Shown here one piece after another: positions 30,592 through 38,187 of a stretch of DNA of 64,000 nt (its first letter is position 1; every line of letters begins with the position of its first letter). Both the position numbers and the translations under genes were made by a program. Origin of the DNA: an uncultured bacterium (GTDB lineage Bacteria; Eisenbacteria; RBG-16-71-46; CAIMUX01); the NCBI GenBank assembly GCA_964371055.1, contig CAYJLF010000016.1:72628-136627 (forward strand), read 5' to 3'. The notes below the pieces were generated by a model that saw only the letters and a list, made by a program, of their open reading frames with translations, made no database searches and had not been told where the DNA came from.

Positions 30592-31482
30592 CTATGGGCG
30601 GTGGATCGCCTTGATCCGTCCCCAGGAGGTCTCCTCGATCGGCGTTCCGTCGCACGGATTGGGGTCGCAGGTGAAGATCTCCAGGAGAGTGACCCCGCCC
30701 AGGCACTCGCAAACGTTGGGCCAGTGGAGCTCGCAGGTGCCGTCGGGGAGACAGCAGGCGCTGCCGGCGAGCGGCGGGCACGGGTTCGGGTCGCAGGAGA
30801 CGTCCTCTCCGAACCACAGGCCGCAGAGCTCGACACACTCCGCCTCCAGGACGATCAGGCAGTTACCCGGCTCCAGGCAGCAGGCCCCAACCTGCGGGAT
30901 TGGGGCCGGACAAGGCAGGCTCCCGGGGACTCCGAAGCCAAGCGAGCCGAACGCCGCCACCGGGTCCTCCACCGGCGGAACCGAGTCATCCACGAAGAGC
31001 GTCGGCCCCTGGGGATGCGGCGTCAGGGACCAGACGCCCTGGTTGTAGGCGTACCCGGCCAGCCAGTAGCAGTCGTTCACGGTGGCGGTCTTGACCTCGC
31101 CAAAGACCACTCCGACCCCACCGCCGCTGACGGACGGCCAACCATCCTGCCCGATTTCGAAGTCGTGCAACGGGTCGATCAGGCCGGCCGCCTCGACGAT
31201 CACCTCGGGCGGGAACTGCGATCCCATGACGAAGGCCTTCAGGCGCGGCGACGAGCCTGGCGGAAAGGCCGCCCAGACATGCCACAGGATCGGGATGCCG
31301 AGGTCCGCCTGCACGTCGGCGTTTACGCAGGCGTCCAGGGCGCAGTCGTACTCGTAGGTCCGGAGGATCTGGCACTCGTGAACGATCAGCACGCCGCCGG
31401 CGTTGGGCCCGGCGAAAGCGGGCACGAACGAGACGCCGAGGAGAAGAGTCAAGGCCGTAGTCAGACGAACGAAGAATCGCAT
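30592..31482 (-). CDS. Secreted protein: unknown N-terminal domain, 2 Cys-rich repeats, C-terminal SWGRIKAIHRP
   Basis: MRFFVRLTTALTLLLGVSFVPAFA signal peptide after GGAGG. Shares AAFPP..PRLKA, DFEI.Q.GWP..SGGGVG, CYWLAGY and FVDDSVPPVED with 29346-30260. Confidence 0.85.
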   Translation of the reverse strand: MRFFVRLTTALTLLLGVSFVPAFAGPNAGGVLIVHECQILRTYEYDCALDACVNADVQADLGIPILWHVWAAFPPGSSPRLKAFVMGSQFPPEVIVEAAGLIDPLHDFEIGQDGWPSVSGGGVGVVFGEVKTATVNDCYWLAGYAYNQGVWSLTPHPQGPTLFVDDSVPPVEDPVAAFGSLGFGVPGSLPCPAPIPQVGACCLEPGNCLIVLEAECVELCGLWFGEDVSCDPNPCPPLAGSACCLPDGTCELHWPNVCECLGGVTLLEIFTCDPNPCDGTPIEETSWGRIKAIHRP

Positions 31483-31746
31483 CGGGGCCTCCTTTTCCGC
31501 AGGTTCACATCGCGGGATCGCGTCTGCGCAGCGGCGGAAACCTGGCCGTCGGAGCCGGCGCGGCACAAGTATAGCGCAACTCCACGACAAGTGCTACCTG
31601 ACGAACTTGGTCTTCTCTTTGCCCATGCCTCGGATAGCCCGGACGGAGGGCGGGGCCGGTGGCCGGTCCCCGGATGGCCGGATCTCCAAAGTCCGAGCCT
31701 GCCGAAGTGCGCGCTCGCCGGGTGCCTGGCCCGCAGGCCCGCCGAG

Positions 31747-32715
31747 CTACTCGCGGTATCCTTCCTTGACCGCCCCCCAGCTCAGCCGGCGGGTCTCCGG
31801 TTCCGGATCGTCCCCCGGGGCGGACTCAGAACCGGTCACATAGATCGTGGCGGGAAGGCAGGCCTGGCAGACCGAGTCGGCGAAGATCTGGGCCTCGTAC
31901 GTGCCGGGGCCGATCACGCCGGCATCGACGGTCACGGTGATCGATCTCTGGTAGTCGTCGATCCAATCGGCCTGGACGTGAATCCACGGGTAGCTGGCCC
32001 CCCAGGCCACATTGCAGGGAGATCCGTCGGGCCGGGAGCGGACCCACGCATCGAGATGCCCTTGTCCCTCCTCGCCCACCGGTACCGTGATGACGAGGCC
32101 CGACTGCAGGAAGGTCGCCCCGCAGGCCAGCCCGTAGGTCGAGCAGTCATGCCAGCACCAGCAATCGACGGGACCGGCGTGGGCGGGCCAGGTCTCCATT
32201 TCCCAGTCGAATCCGTCCTCGCGCCAGCTCGCTTGCGCGATCTCCACCTGTCCGCGTGCGGTGACGTCCAGGACGACACGCCCGACCAGGAAGAACGAAC
32301 CCGACATCGGAGTCGGACCTCCGAAGGAGATCTGCGCGGCGAGGGAGCCGGGACCGTCCGAACGCACGAGGGCTCCGCCGACGCAGTTCTCGAACTCCAC
32401 GAGTTGCCAGTCGGCGGGCCAGGCCAGTTCGAAGGTGAGTCGGTCAGGCATCGGTGGGTAGGTGATCAGGCACTCGAAGAAGAGATCGAACTCCAGAGGT
32501 CCGGCCTGATCGAGGTGCTGCACCACCTCCTCGCAGGTGGTGATCGGGTTGGTGGTACAGAATCCGTCGTTCACCGGCTGCACGTGCAGCCTGGCGGTTC
32601 CCGCCGGCAGCGGGTTGGCGACCGTGATCGCCGGGGTGAGCACGGCGACCAGGCACACGACCACGAAGACGGCCAGAACCGGCCCGGGGCCTTGGAAACG
32701 GTTCAGCGCTCTCAT
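31747..32715 (-). CDS. Secreted Cys-containing protein with BACON/Ig-like C-terminal region and SWGAVKEGYRE terminus
   Basis: Signal peptide after GGAGG. About 11 Cys in the mature part. 'W.ASYPWI.V...ITVTVDA..IGPGTYEAQI' resembles BACON-type Ig domains. Confidence 0.75.
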   Translation of the reverse strand: MRALNRFQGPGPVLAVFVVVCLVAVLTPAITVANPLPAGTARLHVQPVNDGFCTTNPITTCEEVVQHLDQAGPLEFDLFFECLITYPPMPDRLTFELAWPADWQLVEFENCVGGALVRSDGPGSLAAQISFGGPTPMSGSFFLVGRVVLDVTARGQVEIAQASWREDGFDWEMETWPAHAGPVDCWCWHDCSTYGLACGATFLQSGLVITVPVGEEGQGHLDAWVRSRPDGSPCNVAWGASYPWIHVQADWIDDYQRSITVTVDAGVIGPGTYEAQIFADSVCQACLPATIYVTGSESAPGDDPEPETRRLSWGAVKEGYRE

Positions 32716-32992
32716 GGCGTCCTCCCTGGTGGGAATCCGAATCGAATGGCGCAACACTCGCGTCGTTCGGCATGGAGACGGAGGAACTCAGACGCGACAA
32801 GGATACCACCCCCGCCGGGCACCGGCAACCGGCAGCCACGGACCGACGGCCGGAACCTCCGCTGACCGCGCTGGTTCATCCAAGGAGTGGGCGCGGTCGA
32901 CCTGGGTCACCCGCTGACCCCGGGGCCGCGCCCTCGACTTCACATCGCCAAAGAAGACCGAATATCCCCTCAACACGGAAAGAAGGAAGCCG

Positions 32993-33760
32993 ATGAAGAT
33001 CAGCGCATCCCGTCCGGTCGGCCTGCCGGCTGTTCTCCTCCCGCTGCTGGCGTGGTCGGTTCTCGCGAGCCCATCGCCGGGGAACGCCGCGGACCACCCC
33101 GAGACGACGCGGTCAACCGCGGACGACGCAACCGGCTCGCCGGTGGTCCTGCGGGTCTACACCGACTACGTGTGACCCTGGTGTTACCTCAGCACCGTGC
33201 GTGTTGAACGGCTGCAACGGGAGTACGACATCCGGGTCGAGTACGTGAACTTCCCGCTTCACGCCGACACGCCCCAGGAGGGCGTGGCGCTGTTGGAGCT
33301 CTTCGGCGGCGAGGCCGCGCGGCCGCGCCTGCGGGAGTCCCAGCAACGGTTGAAGGCACTCGCGGCCGCGGAGGGACTGCCGATCTCCGATCGGGAGATG
33401 ACGTACAACAGCCGATCGGCCCAGGAACTGGGCGCGTGGGCCACGCGCCAGGGCAAGGGAAAGGAGTTCCACGACGCCGTCTACCGCGCCTACTTCGTCG
33501 ATGGGCGGAACATCGCCGAGCGCGACGTGCTGCTCGCCCTCGCCGCTTCGGCGGGGCTCGATCCGAAGGAAGCCGCCGGCGTGCTCGATCACCGCACGTT
33601 CAAGAGCGTCGTGGATCAGGAGTGGGCCGCGAGCCGGACCGCGGGTGTCACGGCCGTGCCGACGTTCGAAGCCGGCGGACGGAAGGTCGTCGGGGCACAG
33701 CCCTACGAGGAGCTGGTCCGGCTCTTGCAGCAGGCGGGGGCGAAGAAGCGGGCGGGCTGA
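32993..33760 (+). CDS. Exported DsbA/FrnE-like thioredoxin-fold selenoprotein (Sec61, UxxC)
   Basis: ORFs 32993-33175 and 33197-33760 are in frame across a single TGA (33173-33175). Read-through gives VYTDYV-U-PWCYL, matching the DsbA/FrnE 'YSDYVCPWCY' active site. The rest has 'FPLH..TP.EG', 'YNSR.AQEL..WA' and 'GVTAVPTF...GAQPYE'. Confidence 0.88.
33190..33214 (+). promoter_or_regulatory. Candidate bacterial SECIS hairpin
   Basis: CAG-CA-CCGT/GCGTGTTGA/ACGG-CTG. The apical loop begins with G, 24 nt after the UGA. Folded by eye only. Confidence 0.5.
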
Positions 33761-33771
33761 GGGAGGGCGCC

Positions 33772-34605
33772 TCAAGGCAAGGCCAGGTGGTGCCCCCTCA
33801 AACCCGCGTCCGATGCGTACAGGATCTCCGGATCTTCTCCCTCGACCTCGAGGCGTCCCTGCACGCGCTGGCGTACGATCCCGACCTCGTCGCGGATGAA
33901 GTAGTCGATCTGCTGCACATTCCTGATCTTGGTCGACGGACCGGAGGTGTCCGGAGTGATATCGAGGACGACGGTCACCCGTCCATGGTGAGCGTCGGTC
34001 CAGGTGCCGGAGGGCGTGACGATGTTCCACCGCCCCTTGCTCTCGGCCGTCACGCTGAGCGCCACGTGCACCGGGATGCCGTTGACCTCGCCGTCCGCCT
34101 GCCCGCCGGCCAGGGGCCAGGTGGTCCCGGGCGGCGCGGCGAAGTCGAGCGCCTTCCAGGGCAGGCTTCCCTCCAGGATGCCGATGATCCGGCGTGAGAG
34201 CGAATCCGACCCGAAGCCGGTGAATCCGACGCGCAGGTAGGCCGTCTGCCCGGACGTCCGCCACCAGGTCGTGTCGGCCGGATCGCCATCGAGAAGGGAG
34301 ACGACACCGCTGAAGCTCACCCCCCCGAACTCACGCCTCACGGTCACGCTGTCGATCCGCTGATAGAGAGGACGAGGCTGGCCGGACAGGGTGTCACGGA
34401 CGTCGTAGGTCCAGCGACTCCCGACCGACAGCGGGAAGTCGATCGGCTCCGGGCTCCAGGGCGGAGGCTTGGTGCCGCCGTCGTCGTCACTGCAGGAAAG
34501 CGCGAACAGGAAGACGAACGCGAGCAGGCAGAGAGCCCGCACGTGACCAGAGCGACGACCCCACGGACCCGGCGATGACCGGTGAAGATCTCTTGAGACG
34601 GTCAT
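33772..34605 (-). CDS. Hypothetical lipoprotein
   Basis: Lipobox 'FLFALSC' then 'SDDDGGTKPP...FPLSVGSRWTY', a pattern common in FCB-type lipoproteins. Start uncertain (34605 or GTG ~34543). Confidence 0.7.
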   Translation of the reverse strand: MTVSRDLHRSSPGPWGRRSGHVRALCLLAFVFLFALSCSDDDGGTKPPPWSPEPIDFPLSVGSRWTYDVRDTLSGQPRPLYQRIDSVTVRREFGGVSFSGVVSLLDGDPADTTWWRTSGQTAYLRVGFTGFGSDSLSRRIIGILEGSLPWKALDFAAPPGTTWPLAGGQADGEVNGIPVHVALSVTAESKGRWNIVTPSGTWTDAHHGRVTVVLDITPDTSGPSTKIRNVQQIDYFIRDEVGIVRQRVQGRLEVEGEDPEILYASDAGLRGHHLALP

Positions 34606-34777
34606 GAACGGCCCCTCCCTGGACCGATCGGCGCTCCGAACGCGGCTCGCCCAGTTCCTCAGCATCCTGCTGGTTCCCGACGATCGCGCCGGCGCCGGGT
34701 TGGCTGCCAGCCGGTTCGGAGCGCGCCGTGGGCGAAGATACGCCCGGCTCTCCCGGCGTGCTAATCTCTCTCCCGCC

Positions 34778-36616
34778 ATGCCTCGCGCCATCCGGTACCG
34801 GGAGCTCTACGAAGGAGCGCAGTTTCTGTTGCTGCTCAGCCGCGACCTCGAGCGGGTCTCGGCCCAGCAGGATCCGTCACGGGTCATCCGCATGGCCGTC
34901 CGGCGCCTCGGGGAGTACTTCCATGCCGACCTCGCGGTCCAGGTCGACGTTCGCCGCGCCGACGGCGGCCTCGAGCGCCCCTTCGCACTCGGTCTCAGCC
35001 CGCGGGGACAGCGCCTCGTTTCAGGGCCGGCGGAGTCGGGCTTCCTCGAGGAGTGCCGCGCGTTCCTCCGCCGCCCTATCGGGCCCGCGGATCACACCCG
35101 GATTCTGTTGCGGGTGCTGAACGACGACCGGCCCGAGGCGGTCCTCGCACTCTTTCGTCCAGGGCGCAAGTTCTCGCGGCGGGAGACGCAGCTGGGACAG
35201 GCGGCGGCCGAGATCCTGAGCGAGAACCTCCGTCACCGCGAACGCGAGCGGGCCCAGGCGATGCGGGAGCGGATCTACGCGAAGATCCTGGGCGAGATCC
35301 GACCCCAGGACGTCCTCTACCAGATCCTGCACGGCCTGAAGCGACTCCTGCAGTACGACCACGGCGGTGCCGTGCTTCTGGTCGATCCCGACCAGAGGGA
35401 GCTGGCGGTGCGGGCCGAGATCATCGCGTGGACCAAGGCGAAATCGGAACGGATCGGACAGCGCCTGCCGCTCACCGAGGAGTTGCGCTCCTGGATCGAA
35501 GCGAACCGGCGGCCGGTCCTGCTGCGGGCGGACCTCCCTTCCACCGACCCGCCGCAGGTCGACATGGTCGATCCGGGGGCCGGCGGCGCGGCGGTTCCCC
35601 CCTGCCTGCGGCGCGAGTTGACCGACCCGCCCCCCGGCACGCCACCGGCGCGCGCGATGATCGTGGCCGTCCTGCGCCATCGCGGCGACACGCTCGGCAT
35701 CCTGCAACTTCGCTCCACTTCGCTGTCTGCGTTCGCCCCGTCGGACCTGCGCCTCCTGGAGGAGTTCCTTCCGCTCGCCTCGCTGACCTTGCACAACTCG
35801 ACCCTGTACAAGACCCAGCACGATCTGCTTCTCACCGCGGAGCGGCGGACGGCTTTGGCGGTCCTGGCCCGCGCCATCGCGCACGATCTGGCGAACGCTT
35901 TCACGGTGATGCTCCCCCTGCTGCAGCAGATGCGGGTCGATGTCGGCCGCGGCGAGGCTGGAACGACGTCTCTCCCGCCGTCCCTCGACGGGCTCGCCCC
36001 ACAACCCAAGGCGACGGATCGTGAGCGCCTGGCCCGGGACCTGGAGGTGCTCGAGCACTATGCCAGGTCTTCGTCCCGGATCTTCCAGGGGCTCCTGTCG
36101 ATGGCCAAGGGCGTGCAGGAGCCCGCCGCCTGGATCGATCCGGCCGGCGTGCTCGAGTCGATCCAGCGGATGCTCGGCCCCTCGCTGCACGCGCGGCGAA
36201 TCGAGCTGCGGCGCGAGGTCGAGGGCACTCTGCCGAAGGTCTTCGCCCGGCGCGGCGACCTGGAACAGGTCATACTCAACCTGGTCTACAACGCGCGCGA
36301 CGCGATGCCGGACGGCGGAGCACTCACCTTGCGGGCGCGCGGGAGGGACGACGGCGTGGAGATCGCGGTCATCGATACCGGCCACGGCATGACCGAGGAG
36401 GTGAAACGACGGATCTTCGAACCGTTCTTCACCACCAAGCGGGCCGGCTCGGGACTCGGACTCGACATCTGCCGGTCGATCCTCTGGGACTACGACGGCC
36501 GGATCGAGCTCGACTCGGAACCGGGACGCGGAACGGTGGTCACGATCTGGCTGCCGCGCGTCGCCGAGCGGCTGGCGTCGGGCCGATCGACGCGAGGACC
36601 GGCCGATGGAATCTGA
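34778..36616 (+). CDS. GAF-containing sensor histidine kinase
   Basis: H-box 'AIAHDLAN', N-box 'EQVILNLVYNARDAM', G1 'DTGHGM', F 'FEPFFTTK' and G2 'GSGLGL'. Start uncertain. Confidence 0.9.
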   Translation: MPRAIRYRELYEGAQFLLLLSRDLERVSAQQDPSRVIRMAVRRLGEYFHADLAVQVDVRRADGGLERPFALGLSPRGQRLVSGPAESGFLEECRAFLRRPIGPADHTRILLRVLNDDRPEAVLALFRPGRKFSRRETQLGQAAAEILSENLRHRERERAQAMRERIYAKILGEIRPQDVLYQILHGLKRLLQYDHGGAVLLVDPDQRELAVRAEIIAWTKAKSERIGQRLPLTEELRSWIEANRRPVLLRADLPSTDPPQVDMVDPGAGGAAVPPCLRRELTDPPPGTPPARAMIVAVLRHRGDTLGILQLRSTSLSAFAPSDLRLLEEFLPLASLTLHNSTLYKTQHDLLLTAERRTALAVLARAIAHDLANAFTVMLPLLQQMRVDVGRGEAGTTSLPPSLDGLAPQPKATDRERLARDLEVLEHYARSSSRIFQGLLSMAKGVQEPAAWIDPAGVLESIQRMLGPSLHARRIELRREVEGTLPKVFARRGDLEQVILNLVYNARDAMPDGGALTLRARGRDDGVEIAVIDTGHGMTEEVKRRIFEPFFTTKRAGSGLGLDICRSILWDYDGRIELDSEPGRGTVVTIWLPRVAERLASGRSTRGPADGI

Positions 36617-37934
36617 CGCGATCCGCCCGCCCCGCCTTCTCCCCTCGATCCTGCCGCCGGGACCGGGGGAACGACGCCGCGTCCTGGTGGTCGACGACGA
36701 GCCGGGGATCTGCTACATGGCGCGGCGGGTGCTCGAGCCCCGTTTCGAAGTTCACGACGCCCTCTCCGGCGAGGATGCGCTCCGCCTGCTCGAGACCGAG
36801 GCCTTTCACATCGCCATGGTCGACGTCCGCCTCCCGGGGATGTCAGGGCTCGATCTGCTCACGACGCTCAAGACCGTCTCCCCCTCCACCGACGTGATCG
36901 TCATGACCGGCAGCGCGGTCGACGTCGACGAAGCGCTCGAAGCCGCCATCCGCCGGCGCGCCTTCTTCTTTCTCCGCAAACCGTTTCCGATGACGATCCT
37001 CGAGACGCTCGCCACGCGCGTGGCGGAAAAGCAGGAACTGGAAGAGCAGCTCGACCGCTACACCCGAACCTTGGAGCAGAACCTCGAAGCGGCGCGGATC
37101 TTTCAGCGGGGACTCCTCCCGGCCTTCTCCTGGCGGGGCGAGCAGCTGCGGATCTCCGCCGCGTACCGACCCAGCGAGCAACTCGGCGGCGACTTCTTCG
37201 ACTACTGGACGTTGCCGTCGGGGGGCACCGGCATCGTCATCGCCGACGTCATGGGACACGGCCCGGGGGCAGCGATGGTGACCGGGATCGTCAAGAGCCA
37301 GCTCCGGTCCCTGAGCGCGGAGATCCTCGATCCGGGATCGGTGCTGGAAGCGCTCGAGGAGGAGTTGGAGCGGATTACGCTCTCCCGCTTCCTCAGCGCA
37401 TTCCTCCTCTTCGATCGTCCGGACGAAGGGGAGTTCGCCTGGGCGAGCGCCGGACATCCGCCGGCCCTCCTCTGGACCCGCGCCCATCCGGCCGGAGAGC
37501 CCCGCCTCGAACCTCTGGTCGCCGCCGGATTCCTGCTCAATACCGGGCTACCTCGCCAGCCCCGCGCGACCCGGACGCTGCGGCGAACGACGGGGAGCCG
37601 CCTCCTCCTCTACACCGACGGCTATCCCGAGGCGCGGAATCGCGCCGGAGCGCCGTTCGACAGCCCGGCCGAGCCCGGAGCGCAGGCTCCGGCGATCGCG
37701 TCCCCTCCACCGCCGATCCCGGAGTCCGCCGTTCCGGCAGTCTCCGCCTCCCTCGACTCGACCGATCCACGCCTGATCGACCCCCGGTCGCTCTTCGTGC
37801 AGGCCGCGGTCCATGCGCTCGGCGCCGCCGACCCATCCGCGGGGATCGAGATTCTGGAGAAATTCCTCGAAGCCTTCGCGGGGGAGTTCCCGCCGGCGGA
37901 CGATCGGGCCGCGATCCTGATCCACCTGGACTGA
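36606..37934 (+). CDS. Response regulator with PP2C/SpoIIE phosphatase domain (RsbU-like)
   Basis: REC 'VLVVDDE...DVRLPGMSG...FLRKPF'. PP2C 'LGGDFFD...IADVMGHG...LYTDG...DDRA'. Overlaps the kinase stop by 11 nt. Confidence 0.9.
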   Translation: MESDAIRPPRLLPSILPPGPGERRRVLVVDDEPGICYMARRVLEPRFEVHDALSGEDALRLLETEAFHIAMVDVRLPGMSGLDLLTTLKTVSPSTDVIVMTGSAVDVDEALEAAIRRRAFFFLRKPFPMTILETLATRVAEKQELEEQLDRYTRTLEQNLEAARIFQRGLLPAFSWRGEQLRISAAYRPSEQLGGDFFDYWTLPSGGTGIVIADVMGHGPGAAMVTGIVKSQLRSLSAEILDPGSVLEALEEELERITLSRFLSAFLLFDRPDEGEFAWASAGHPPALLWTRAHPAGEPRLEPLVAAGFLLNTGLPRQPRATRTLRRTTGSRLLLYTDGYPEARNRAGAPFDSPAEPGAQAPAIASPPPPIPESAVPAVSASLDSTDPRLIDPRSLFVQAAVHALGAADPSAGIEILEKFLEAFAGEFPPADDRAAILIHLD

Positions 37935-38187
37935 TCGGCGCCGCCGCCGCGACGGCCGGAACGCCCCGGACTGGCGGGCGGACCGTCCACCCGGCTGGCC
38001 CAGGGGGACTTGGTCGGACCGGGCCTCGCCCTTCTTGCGATCAGGAATCCGCGGACCCCGAGGGCTCCGAGACCTTAGGATGCCCGATTTCTCACGGGTT
38101 CCCCTATACTTGTGCTGCGGGCTGTCGGGGGGCCCGCACTTTCTTCCTTCGCCATCTTTCCCCAGACATTTACGCAGGGAGGTTCGC

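Noticed and set aside
32993-33760. Two separate ORFs (60 aa and 187 aa) or a pseudogene
   Set aside because: The UGA sits exactly at the redox Cys position with a downstream hairpin, which is better explained as one selenoprotein.
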